A stretch of 64,000 nucleotides of DNA. Source: Candidatus Latescibacterota bacterium. GTDB taxonomy: Bacteria > Latescibacterota > UBA2968. The translations under genes and the position numbers were made by a program. Below are positions 28,444 to 38,210 of the stretch, piece after piece. The DNA lies in assembly GCA_965116885.1 (NCBI GenBank), contig OZ220741.1:864001-928000 (forward strand), written 5' to 3'. Within the stretch, counting starts at the first letter, position 1. The number at the start of each line of letters is the position of its first letter. The notes below the pieces were generated by a model. That model searched no databases and was not told where the DNA came from. It was given only the letters and a program-made list of their open reading frames with translations.

Positions 28444-29442
28444 ATGGCGCGATATGACATACAACAAGAAAACTTCCACGGACACGCACTCTACGTATTG
28501 CGGGATATTGAAACCAATCGTGAAGCCAGCATTTTGCCCTCGGTGGGCAACAATTGTATCTCGTACAAAATCCCAAAAGGCGATGACCTGCTGGAACTCA
28601 TTTACGCCCCACCCGATCCCGACACCCTGCAAGGCCGCGCAAGCGGGTACGGCACGCCCATATTATATCCCTGGCCCAACCGCATAGACAGCGGCAAATT
28701 CACATTTGACGGCGTGGAATACCAGCTCCAAACCCCTGCCCCGGGCGAACACGCCTCTCACGGCTACGTCCACGAACGCCCCTGGCGCGTAGTCGAATCC
28801 GGCACCTCAGAAAGCGCGTGGGTAACCAGCGTCTTCACATCGTCGGACTTCCCCGAAATCGGCACACACTTTCCCTTCCCCTTTGAAGCGCGGGTAACAT
28901 ATCGGCTGAAAAACGGCGTACTATCCCTCGAATTTGAAAGCACCAACGTAGGCGACAGCGACATGCCCGTCGGCCTCGGCATCCATCCCTATTTCCCCCT
29001 GCCCCTCACTGAAAGTGGCAACCGGGATATATGCACCGTACACATGCCCGCATCGACCTACTGGCCCTTGCGCGACGACCCGATACCCACAGGAGAAATA
29101 CTACCCGTTGACGGCACCGTATTTGACGTACGCAAAAACACGCCCTTAAAAGACCGGTATTACGACAACGTCTGGTCCGGCGTATCTCTGACCGACGGGT
29201 GGAGCCGATGTGAATACACCGACCCAACCGAAGGCGTAACCATCGCAATGGAAGCCAATGACGCATTCCGCGAACTCGTACTCTACGCCCCCGACACCCG
29301 TCCCATTATCTGCTTTGAACCCTACACCTGCGTCACCAACGCCTTCAACCTGCAAAACCAGGGCATCGACGCGGGCCTGATACGCCTCCAACCCGGCGAA
29401 AAGCTAACCGGAATAATGCGGATTGTAGGTGAATTATTGTAG
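28444..29442 (+). CDS. Aldose 1-epimerase family protein
   Basis: PWPNRI, SHG, GIHPYF, YDN, CFEPYT; GGGAG RBS. Confidence 0.88.
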   Translation: MARYDIQQENFHGHALYVLRDIETNREASILPSVGNNCISYKIPKGDDLLELIYAPPDPDTLQGRASGYGTPILYPWPNRIDSGKFTFDGVEYQLQTPAPGEHASHGYVHERPWRVVESGTSESAWVTSVFTSSDFPEIGTHFPFPFEARVTYRLKNGVLSLEFESTNVGDSDMPVGLGIHPYFPLPLTESGNRDICTVHMPASTYWPLRDDPIPTGEILPVDGTVFDVRKNTPLKDRYYDNVWSGVSLTDGWSRCEYTDPTEGVTIAMEANDAFRELVLYAPDTRPIICFEPYTCVTNAFNLQNQGIDAGLIRLQPGEKLTGIMRIVGELL

Positions 29443-29500
29443 GGGCGACCCCCTGTGGTCGCCCGCTGACCGCTGGGACGGCACAGGGGCCGTCCCCTAC
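29439..29500. repeat. Inverted pair of GTAG-REP hairpins
   Basis: GTAGGGGCGACCCCCTGTGGTCGCCC ... GGGACGGCACAGGGGCCGTCCCCTAC. Confidence 0.85.
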
Positions 29501-29524
29501 CGCTGATCGCTGAAAGCTTTTATT

Positions 29525-30118
29525 ATGACCGACCGATTACAACAACAAATTGAATTTCTCCTCGAAATCGATAAACTCAAACAAATCATTCGGCAAACCT
29601 ATTTGCTCGACGAAACGCGGAAAGAAAACGACGCTGAACACTCGTGGCATTTTGCCATGTTTGCGCTCATCCTCGCGGAATACGCGCCCGAGCCAGTGGA
29701 TATCCTAAAAGTAATCAAAATGGCACTGGTACACGACCTCGTGGAAATCGACGCGGGCGACACCTTTCTCTACGACGAAGCGGGCAATGCCAACAAAGCC
29801 GAACGCGAAGCAAAAGCCGCCGACCGCATCTTTGCGCTCTTGCCTGCAGAACAGGGCACAGAAATACGCGCATTGTGGGAAGAATTTGAAGCAAAAGAAA
29901 CGCCCGAGGCAAAATTCGCGGGCGCAATAGACCGCTTCCAACCTTTTCTGCACAATTGCAATACTCAGGGACGCGCCTGGCGAGAGCACGGAATCACAGC
30001 CGACCGCGTCTTGCAAAGCAACAGCCATATCTCAATCGGCGCGCCAGTTCTATGGAACCGCGTACAAGAATTGGTTGATGAAATGGTCAATGAAGGATAT
30101 ATTGATCCTGGGAAATAG
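29525..30118 (+). CDS. HD-domain hydrolase (YfbR/HDDC2-like)
   Basis: ENDAEHSW, VHDLVEIDAGD, DRFQP. Confidence 0.88.
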   Translation: MTDRLQQQIEFLLEIDKLKQIIRQTYLLDETRKENDAEHSWHFAMFALILAEYAPEPVDILKVIKMALVHDLVEIDAGDTFLYDEAGNANKAEREAKAADRIFALLPAEQGTEIRALWEEFEAKETPEAKFAGAIDRFQPFLHNCNTQGRAWREHGITADRVLQSNSHISIGAPVLWNRVQELVDEMVNEGYIDPGK

Positions 30119-30183
30119 AGGGACTAAGAAATCACACAGTACACTATAAAATCGTTAAACATGTGATACGAGGTGATCATAAA

Positions 30184-30417
30184 ATGAACTGGGATAAATG
30201 CACAGCCGTCGAACGACATCCGGCCAAAGTGAGCGGAGCCTGGGTATTTCGTGGAACGCGCGTCCCTGTATATGCCCTGTTCGAAAATCTTCGAGAAGGT
30301 GCTTCCGTCGAGCAATTTCTCGATTGGTTCCACGGCGTCGAAGAATGGCAGGTGAAAGCTGTTCTGGACCACGAAGCAAAGGCCCTGAAGGCTCTCTATT
30401 TGACAACACCAATTTGA
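30184..30417 (+). CDS. DUF433 domain protein (antitoxin-like)
   Basis: VERHPAKVSGAWVFRGTRVPV..LFENL..GASVEQFLDWF. Confidence 0.88.
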   Translation: MNWDKCTAVERHPAKVSGAWVFRGTRVPVYALFENLREGASVEQFLDWFHGVEEWQVKAVLDHEAKALKALYLTTPI

Positions 30418-30447
30418 TTATCAGGCAAAAAAATGGGAGGACCAACC

Positions 30448-32301
30448 ATGAGCCAGACACTCAAAGACTTATTGAATGACAGTTTTGAACGGCATGCGGA
30501 TCGCACGGCGGTTCGCGTATTGCGCCAGCCAGAGGAGCCTGGCGAAAGGCGATTGCAATATGTGCCGTTGACATATATGCAATTGAAGGCACAGCGAGAC
30601 CGATTGGCATCGGGCCTGGCGCAAATAGGATTGGAAAAAGGACAGCGCATCGGGCTATTGACCGATGGCGGTCTGGAATCTGTCCTGGTCTTTCTATCCT
30701 GTGATATGCTGGGATTATCCGCAGTGCCAATCTGCAACAAATTGCCCGATGATCTGCTGGTACACAGCATCAACCACTCCGGCATTGCCTATTTGTTCAC
30801 AGACGCGAGAAGTTTGGAACAGGTCGAGCGCGTGCGCGGGCAACTGAACAACCCGCCTCAGATCATCTTGACAGAAGGGCAGGGCGATAACGTCATCCCA
30901 TTTTTTGAACTAAGTCAAAAAGGCGCGGAATCACCGCCCCCAGACATAGCAATAGAACCCGACGACGAATCGAAAATCGTGTACACATCGGGATCATCGG
31001 GATTGCCCAAAGGCGTGGTTCAAACCCATCGCAATCTCGTCGGCAATATCCTGTCCGTATGGGATACGATCAGCAACCGAGACCCGGTCATCTTATTCAA
31101 ATCCGCGCCCGACTATCACACCATGGGCATATTAAATATCTACTACCCCCTATCAAAAGGCTGGACATTAGACCTGGCGCGGTCACCGGATCGCGTACTC
31201 GTAGATATCCGATATTCGGAACCCCATGGATTTTTAACAGTTCCCCTAATTTTAGACAAAGTATTTGGCAACGTGCGAAAAGAAATCGAGGCAGGTGGTG
31301 CAAAAGGCGCATTGGTCGCCCGGTCAGTACGCGCCAAACAGCGCGTCGCACGCGGTGAAGCGTCAGTCATTGACCACCTCGTCAATGCCACACTGGGCAA
31401 AAAGGTCGTCGGACAAATCAAAGAAAAGCTCTCGCAGCGCGTGGGCAGCCATCTCGAATTGTTAATCGTCGGCTCGGCAAAAGCCGACCCCGAAGCCCTC
31501 GACTTTTTCCAGGACGTACTGGACATCACCTCGCTCGAAGGCTATGGCGTCACCGAATGCAGCCCCCTGATCGCGGCAAATGTCCTGAACGGACAAAAAA
31601 CAGGCACCGTTGGACAGCCATTACAAGAAGTAAAAATCATCGCCGAAACAGGCGAGGAAATCGCTCACGGTGATCCAAAAACAGGAACCTATAGCGGCAG
31701 CGGCGATGGCATTGGCGAATTGTGGGTACACGGCAACCACGTCATGACGGGGTACCTCAACGACCCCGAACGCACCGCCGAAGTACTCGTAACCGATGAA
31801 GACGGCAAAGTGTGGTATCGCACAGGTGATGTGTTCAGCATGGACGACGAGGGATTTTTGACATTCCAGGGGCGCGTTGGACGGCAATTTAAATTGAGCA
31901 ACGGCGAATTTGTCAACCCCGAACGTCTCGAACGCATATTCGCGCGCGCATCGCTCATCGAACACGTCTTAATCTGCGGCGACCAGACCCGCACCTTTCC
32001 CCTACCCGTCGTCACCGTAAATGTAGAAGAAGCGCAGTTGCAAACAGACATTCCCGACCTGCCTGCAGATGAGGAAGCCCTGTGTAGCCATCCCGCAATA
32101 GCCGAACGCATTCGCGAGCAATTATTAAAAGAAGCCACGGCATCTGGCCTTCCCGCACACGAGCGCCCGCAAAAAGTACTGATCTTGCCAGACCAGTTGA
32201 GCGAAGAAACGGGAACCCTCACGCGGGGATTGAAAAAGGTCGTACCCGGTAGAATAGAAGAAATTTACGCAAACGAAATCGCCGCAGCGTATGATGGATA
32301 A
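30448..32301 (+). CDS. AMP-dependent synthetase / long-chain fatty acid-CoA ligase
   Basis: YTSGSSGLPKG, EGYGVTE, YRTGD; GGAGG RBS. Confidence 0.9.
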   Translation: MSQTLKDLLNDSFERHADRTAVRVLRQPEEPGERRLQYVPLTYMQLKAQRDRLASGLAQIGLEKGQRIGLLTDGGLESVLVFLSCDMLGLSAVPICNKLPDDLLVHSINHSGIAYLFTDARSLEQVERVRGQLNNPPQIILTEGQGDNVIPFFELSQKGAESPPPDIAIEPDDESKIVYTSGSSGLPKGVVQTHRNLVGNILSVWDTISNRDPVILFKSAPDYHTMGILNIYYPLSKGWTLDLARSPDRVLVDIRYSEPHGFLTVPLILDKVFGNVRKEIEAGGAKGALVARSVRAKQRVARGEASVIDHLVNATLGKKVVGQIKEKLSQRVGSHLELLIVGSAKADPEALDFFQDVLDITSLEGYGVTECSPLIAANVLNGQKTGTVGQPLQEVKIIAETGEEIAHGDPKTGTYSGSGDGIGELWVHGNHVMTGYLNDPERTAEVLVTDEDGKVWYRTGDVFSMDDEGFLTFQGRVGRQFKLSNGEFVNPERLERIFARASLIEHVLICGDQTRTFPLPVVTVNVEEAQLQTDIPDLPADEEALCSHPAIAERIREQLLKEATASGLPAHERPQKVLILPDQLSEETGTLTRGLKKVVPGRIEEIYANEIAAAYDG

Positions 32302-32306
32302 TTCCC

Positions 32307-33338
32307 ATGCCAATTTTAAACCCCGATAAACTGCGGCGCATTGGCCGCGAAGTCTTCGAACGCATAGGCGCAACACCCGAAGAAGCCCAAATTGTGGCCG
32401 ATCTGCTCGTAGCCTCCAATCTCGCGGGACACGACTCGCACGGCGTCGTCCGCATACCGCAATACGTATCCGGCGTTCAAAGCGGTCAAATACAGCTCGG
32501 AACAACCGTGGAAATCGAACGGGAAACCGATGCAACAGCCGTCGTAAACGGACACTGGGGATTTGGGCATGTAACCGCAACAGAAGCCATGCACATCGCC
32601 ATCCAAAAAGCCCAAAAAAGTGCTGTCGGCATCGCAACAGTACACCAGTGCAACCACATCGGGCGATTGGGTGGCTATCCCGTACTCGCCGCGGCTGAAA
32701 ACATGGTCGGACTGATGAGCAACAACGGCCACGGCGCCGACCTCTCAATGGCACCCTGGGGAGGACTGGGACGCATCTTGCCCGCAAATTGTCTCGCCGT
32801 TGCATTCCCTTCGGACCGCGACTTCCCCATATCACTGGACTTAACCGCCGCAACTGCGGCAGGTGGCAAAATGCGGGTCGCACTGGCACGGGGCGAGCGC
32901 GTACCCGAAAATTGGCTCATCGACGCCGAAGGCAACCCCACAACGGATCCCGCCGACTACGTACACGGCAACGCCGCACTAACCCCCTTTGGCGACCACA
33001 AAGGCTATGGCCTATCATTCATCTTCGACATCTTATCCGGCGCCCTATCGCCCGCCGGTTGCACCCGCGAAAATTCACCCGTAACGGGCAACGCCCTATT
33101 TGTACAGGCCATTCGCATTGACGCGTTCCAGCCCATCTCCGATTTTAAGACCGAAATCGGGCGATTTATCGACTACGTAAAATCGGCAAAAACCGCACCG
33201 GGATTCGACGAAATACTCGTGCCCGGCGAACGCTCCTATCGCACGGGTTGTGAACGCGAGGCAAATGGGGTCCCCATAGAAGACACAACCTGGGAACAAA
33301 TTTGCGAAACCGCAAAAAAATTCGATGTAAAAGTTTAG
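32307..33338 (+). CDS. Ldh_2 family (malate/L-lactate/sulfolactate-type) dehydrogenase
   Basis: GHDSHG, NHIGRLG, GDHKGYGL, VPGE. Confidence 0.9.
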   Translation: MPILNPDKLRRIGREVFERIGATPEEAQIVADLLVASNLAGHDSHGVVRIPQYVSGVQSGQIQLGTTVEIERETDATAVVNGHWGFGHVTATEAMHIAIQKAQKSAVGIATVHQCNHIGRLGGYPVLAAAENMVGLMSNNGHGADLSMAPWGGLGRILPANCLAVAFPSDRDFPISLDLTAATAAGGKMRVALARGERVPENWLIDAEGNPTTDPADYVHGNAALTPFGDHKGYGLSFIFDILSGALSPAGCTRENSPVTGNALFVQAIRIDAFQPISDFKTEIGRFIDYVKSAKTAPGFDEILVPGERSYRTGCEREANGVPIEDTTWEQICETAKKFDVKV

Positions 33339-33350
33339 CCACCGCCTCAA

Positions 33351-33392
33351 ACAAAAACCCGCCCCCTATTTTTCAGGGAGCGGGTTTTTTGT
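33351..33392. terminator. Bidirectional intrinsic terminator
   Basis: AAAAACCCGC...GCGGGTTTTTT between convergent genes. Confidence 0.8.
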
Positions 33393-33401
33393 TAAACCGC
33401 G

Positions 33402-34799
33402 TTATTCTTTTGCTTCAGGCGGATCAGGCGGTTCGGGTGGCGTAGGCGTTTCTGGCGCATCGATCTCTTCATCTGGATACAACCTCAGACTGCCCCGGCC
33501 GAGTTCAATCGCAACCTTGGAACCGCCGCCATTGAGTTGACCCGTCACCACCTGTGAGGTACGCGACACGCCGGTAATAGACAGAGGCAGGTCGGTCTGG
33601 ATACTTCCGCGCCCGACATAACCGTGTACATCAACTGCCGAACCATCGGGAATGATGAGATCAACCGCGCCATCTCTATTTTGAATCGCGTAGTCATCGC
33701 CAATGGGTTTGTGTGGACGCACCGCAATATTGCTGCCGCGGCTTTGTATAATGACACCCGCCTCGGGATTTTCAATTTCGATAGCTCCCCGGTTGGCCTG
33801 TACAGTAGTTGCACCGGCAATATTTTTCAGGCGCGTTGCACCGCGATTATTTTTTACATCCACACGTCCCCCAACCCGACCGACGTTAATTGAACCGCGG
33901 TTATTGTTTGCAATAAAATCGCCACCAGCATGTTGCACCGCGATATCGCCGCGGTTCTGTTTGACCCTTATATTGCCCGACGCACCTTCAAAAATCGTTT
34001 TACCGCGGTTATTATTGAGGGTTGCTGCACCATCAATTTTGGGAAGCGTAATATTGCCGTGCCTTGCTCGCACATCGAGATCAACTTTTTCGGGATGATG
34101 CAACTCAAAGTCGATCCGCACAGATCGAATCGAATCGCCTTTTTTGCGTTTGGGCACATTGGGTCGTATCTGCACAGCACTGGATTCCCGCCGGATTTGA
34201 ATATCAATCTGCTCGGCAAAAGCCTGCACCGCTTCTTCATCAGTTCCCCAAACCGAGATTTTTGCGTCAACCTGAACCTCATCGCGATCCCAAATTTTTG
34301 AAGTAACATGGCCTTTTGGCGTCCGTACGGATAGACGATCAGATACCTGGATCGGCGTTGTCTCAACAAATTGTCGAACCGCTTTTTCGGGATGCTTTCT
34401 ATCGCTATCTTCCACCCATTGTGAAACGGCTTCAGACGCTGTTTGCATCGCTTCCTGAACAATCTCACCCACATCGGGCATTGAGCGCGTAGCTTCGCGC
34501 ACGATGCGATTGACATCGGGCATCGCCTCGCGCACCGCGCGTCTGGCTCTGGGCATCGCCTCGCGCAGGGTCTCTTGTGCTTCGCGAATGCGTTCTTGCA
34601 CCTCAACCTGAATATCCGCACCGCCACTGCGTCGTCGTCGCCGCTGGCGCTGACGACTTCCATTGCGTCTGCGCTGGCGACCTTCACCTCGCGGTTCTTC
34701 TGCAGTATCCCCGAGCGCATCGAGTAATTTCACGGCATCTTCTGCCGTTATTTTTCCATCTTGAATCATCTCGAGAACCTTCATGCGTTCTTCTTTCAC
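33402..34799 (-). CDS. DUF4097 (beta-strand repeat, Toastrack) protein with N-terminal SHOCT-like YvlB/LiaX helix
   Basis: EERMKVLEMIQDGKITAEDAVKLLDAL; repeated NNRG/xxG beta motifs; GQLNGGG. Confidence 0.8.
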   Translation of the reverse strand: MKEERMKVLEMIQDGKITAEDAVKLLDALGDTAEEPRGEGRQRRRNGSRQRQRRRRRSGGADIQVEVQERIREAQETLREAMPRARRAVREAMPDVNRIVREATRSMPDVGEIVQEAMQTASEAVSQWVEDSDRKHPEKAVRQFVETTPIQVSDRLSVRTPKGHVTSKIWDRDEVQVDAKISVWGTDEEAVQAFAEQIDIQIRRESSAVQIRPNVPKRKKGDSIRSVRIDFELHHPEKVDLDVRARHGNITLPKIDGAATLNNNRGKTIFEGASGNIRVKQNRGDIAVQHAGGDFIANNNRGSINVGRVGGRVDVKNNRGATRLKNIAGATTVQANRGAIEIENPEAGVIIQSRGSNIAVRPHKPIGDDYAIQNRDGAVDLIIPDGSAVDVHGYVGRGSIQTDLPLSITGVSRTSQVVTGQLNGGGSKVAIELGRGSLRLYPDEEIDAPETPTPPEPPDPPEAKE

Positions 34800-34814
34800 A
34801 ATATACTCCTTTCT

Positions 34815-35204
34815 TTATTTTTTATTCATCCTTCTAAGTTCTTCCGCTGCATCCTCCACCGTAATCTCACCGGATTCGAGACGGTCGAGAACCTCTTGCT
34901 GGGACGCAGCGGACAAATCTTCCACCTCGGGATGTGTCCCCGTTGCAAAACCGAGTTCTGCAATCACATCGTCGAGATGGTTGCGAATCGTGCTATAGGG
35001 CACGCGGAGTTCGCGCGTCATCTCTTTGACATTGCCGCGCAATCGGACAAATGTCTCGACAAAAGCCAGATTTTCGGGCGATAGACGGTTAAAAATTGTG
35101 GGCTGAAACTCTCCAATAACCTCACATTCACATCGCGTACAGCGAATGCGGGTGACAATCACATCATTCTGGCAGGCTGGGCATTTCTCAATAATTTTAC
35201 GCAT
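34815..35204 (-). CDS. DUF2089 family protein (Zn ribbon + HTH + SHOCT-like)
   Basis: CPAC...CTRC; RGNVKEM..VPYSTIRNHLD; LDRLESGEITVEDA. Confidence 0.85.
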   Translation of the reverse strand: MRKIIEKCPACQNDVIVTRIRCTRCECEVIGEFQPTIFNRLSPENLAFVETFVRLRGNVKEMTRELRVPYSTIRNHLDDVIAELGFATGTHPEVEDLSAASQQEVLDRLESGEITVEDAAEELRRMNKK

Positions 35205-35456
35205 ATTGATCCTTTTTTTCACTTTAGACACCATTTTAGACAAAAAATTTCATTAAAATATAAAATATTTCACAATAAATGCAATTTATTTTTTACAACT
35301 ATTGGTCTTTTAAATAAATTTGACTACGTTTTTATATTTATCTGACAGACTGGATTAAGGCAATAAACTGATTTGAAGGACCAAAACCTTCTCATTTGAC
35401 TTTTTCTAATAATTTCTTTCCTTGTTATACCCCTTCACCCCAAAACGAGGCACCCA

Positions 35457-38048
35457 ATGACACGCCTACTAATCGTCCTCATCGCATTGATCGGCCTGGG
35501 CACACCGGCTCATTCTCGCGTTGACATCAGCTATTACCTGCCCGAAAGCACGACCTACGACCCCAACATCCCCACACCCGAAGCCTTTTTCGGATTTCAG
35601 ATTGGCGATTGGCACCTGCGGCACGACCTCATCGTAAACTACATGCACACATTGTCCGAACGCTCTGACCGCATAGTCCTCACGCAATATGCCCAAACAC
35701 ACCAGCAACGCCCCCTATTATTACTCACCATCACATCCCCACAAAATCACCAGAACCTCGAAACCATCCAGATACAACACCGGCAACTCACAAACCCGGA
35801 CCAGTCGCCCGCGCTCAACATCAACACAATGCCCGTGGTCGTGTACATGGGATATAGCATCCATGGCAATGAACCCAGCGGCGGCAACGCCGCACCATTA
35901 ATTGCATATCATCTGGCGGCGGCGCAAGGTCCCGCCATAGACAACCTCCTCGCCAACGCCGTCATCTTGCTCGATCCCGTATCCAATCCCGACGGCTTTA
36001 GTCGCTTTGCACACTGGGCAAACATGTACCGCAGCAAACAACTCGTTGCCGATCCCGAGCACCGGGAACATCGAGAAATCTGGCCGAGCGGACGCACCAA
36101 CCACTACTGGTTTGACCTCAACCGCGACTGGGTATTTATCCAGCATCCCGAAAGCCGGGGGCGAATCGAGACATTCCACGCCTGGAAACCCAATATGCTC
36201 ACCGACCACCATGAAATGAGCACCAATTCCACTTACTTTTTTCAACCGGGCATACCCTCGCGCAACAATCCCCTCACGCCAGCACGCACTTATGAACTCA
36301 CCGCTGCAATCGCCAAACGCAACGTCAGCGCGCTCGATAAAATCGGCACACTATATTACACACGGGAGTCATTCGACGATTTTTACATCGGCAAAGGATC
36401 GACCTATCCCGATCTCAACGGCGGCGTGGGCCTTCTCTTTGAGCAAGCCAGCGCACGCGGACTGATGCAAGAAAGCATTCACGGACCCATCTCATTTCCC
36501 TTTGCCATACGCAATCAGATAAGAACTGCCCTATCAGCACTCCAGGCAGCCCAGGAACTGCGCACCGAACTGCTATCGCATCAGCGCGATTTTTACATCT
36601 CTGCATCCCAGGACGCCGCAAGTGCCGCCATCAAAGCTTATGTTGTTGGCGATCCGGATGACATGGCGCGCACCCATCATTTTCTCGACATCCTCCAGCA
36701 GCACCACATACAGATCTACGACCTCGCGCGTCCCCTGCGCGTCGGCGGTCAGACCTTCCAGCCCGGCTCGGCCTATATCATTCCCACCGCGCAACCGCAA
36801 TACCGTCTGCTCACCAGCCTATTTGAGCGCCGCACCACCTTTCGCGACAGCTTATTCTACGATGTCTCAGCCTGGACATTACCCCTATCATTTAACATGC
36901 CCCTATTAGAAATCAAGTCGTCATCCCAGGAATTTATCGGCGACCTCTTGCCACCGTCCAAATTTCCTCGAGGCCGTCTGTCTGTCTCCAATCCGGAGAT
37001 CAATACTTATGCGTACCTTTTTGAGTGGAACGGACATTATGCACCTCGCGCACTCTACCGCCTGCAAAAAGCCGGTATAAAAGCCAAAGTGGCCTCGCGA
37101 CAGCTTAGCATGCGTATTTCCTCAGACTCGGAGAATGAGCGCTTATTTGACTACGGCACCATACTCATCCCCATGGGCATACAAAAAAACGATCCGCAGA
37201 CGATTCGAAACCTCATGCAAACAATCGCACGCGAAGATGCTCTCAACGTATTTGCCGTCTCCACCGGACAGACCGACAGCGGTATTGACCTGGGCAGCCC
37301 GGGGTTTGTCCCCCTCGAAACACCTCAAATAGCCCTTTTAATTGGCAAAGGCGCCGATGTCTATAACGCCGGTGAAGTGTGGCATTTGTTAGACCAGCGC
37401 TACAATATGGCGATCAGCCTCATAGACGCCAGCCATGTGCGCGATATAGACCTCAATCGCTATAATACAGTAATCGCAGCAGGCGGATCGTATAGCGACC
37501 TCGACTCTACAAGTGTCAACGCCTTAAAACAGTGGCTACGTCAGGGCAATACACTCATAGCACTCAACAGTGCGGTTCGCTGGGCCATCAATACCAAACT
37601 CGCCAGTGCCCAATTCGTCGGGCGAAATCGAGAAAATTACAGTGAACGCAAAGCTTATATCAATGCACCCAGCGATCGGGGAGCGCAAATCATTGGCGGT
37701 GCTATCTTTCGGGTTCACCTGGATCGCACCCATCCCCTCGCCTATGGGTATCGCGATGACAGCCTGCCAGTCTTTCGGCGCGGCACACTCTTTATCAAAC
37801 CAGTAAACCCCTATGCCACCCCTTTGCAATACACCAAACAGCCCTTGCTCGCAGGTTATATCTCTGAACAAAACCACAATTACATCGCCGAATCCGCATC
37901 CACTCTCGTCGCCAAACAGGGCTATGGCCGCGTCATACTCATGCTCGACAACCCCACCTTCCGCGCCTATTGGTACGGTACTCAAAAACTCCTCGCCAAC
38001 GCCCTCTTTTTCGGTCCCACCATCCGTCTTAGCACATTGGACGAGTAA
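35457..38048 (+). CDS. Secreted M14 family zinc carboxypeptidase
   Basis: Signal peptide; SIHGNE, NPDG, RTNHYWFDLNRD, DHHEM. Confidence 0.9.
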   Translation: MTRLLIVLIALIGLGTPAHSRVDISYYLPESTTYDPNIPTPEAFFGFQIGDWHLRHDLIVNYMHTLSERSDRIVLTQYAQTHQQRPLLLLTITSPQNHQNLETIQIQHRQLTNPDQSPALNINTMPVVVYMGYSIHGNEPSGGNAAPLIAYHLAAAQGPAIDNLLANAVILLDPVSNPDGFSRFAHWANMYRSKQLVADPEHREHREIWPSGRTNHYWFDLNRDWVFIQHPESRGRIETFHAWKPNMLTDHHEMSTNSTYFFQPGIPSRNNPLTPARTYELTAAIAKRNVSALDKIGTLYYTRESFDDFYIGKGSTYPDLNGGVGLLFEQASARGLMQESIHGPISFPFAIRNQIRTALSALQAAQELRTELLSHQRDFYISASQDAASAAIKAYVVGDPDDMARTHHFLDILQQHHIQIYDLARPLRVGGQTFQPGSAYIIPTAQPQYRLLTSLFERRTTFRDSLFYDVSAWTLPLSFNMPLLEIKSSSQEFIGDLLPPSKFPRGRLSVSNPEINTYAYLFEWNGHYAPRALYRLQKAGIKAKVASRQLSMRISSDSENERLFDYGTILIPMGIQKNDPQTIRNLMQTIAREDALNVFAVSTGQTDSGIDLGSPGFVPLETPQIALLIGKGADVYNAGEVWHLLDQRYNMAISLIDASHVRDIDLNRYNTVIAAGGSYSDLDSTSVNALKQWLRQGNTLIALNSAVRWAINTKLASAQFVGRNRENYSERKAYINAPSDRGAQIIGGAIFRVHLDRTHPLAYGYRDDSLPVFRRGTLFIKPVNPYATPLQYTKQPLLAGYISEQNHNYIAESASTLVAKQGYGRVILMLDNPTFRAYWYGTQKLLANALFFGPTIRLSTLDE

Positions 38049-38060
38049 CAGGCGCATATC

Positions 38061-38134
38061 AGGACAACCACAGAGGGTTGTCCCTACAACAAACCACAAT
38101 ATCATCGTAGGGGACGGCCCCTGTGCCGTCCCGG
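38061..38134. repeat. REP doublet (REPIN/BIME-like), 74 bp
   Basis: Two back-to-back GTAG hairpins; 71/74 identical to the reverse complement of 62547-62620. Confidence 0.88.
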
Positions 38135-38149
38135 TATTCAGCCCAAAAC

Positions 38150-38185
38150 AAAAGAGCACTGATTCTGAGAACCAGTGCTCTTTTT
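38150..38185. terminator. Bidirectional intrinsic terminator
   Basis: AAAAGAGCACTG...CAGTGCTCTTTTT. Confidence 0.8.
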
Positions 38186-38210
38186 ATTATTCGCATCAGG
38201 GCTTTTGTTT

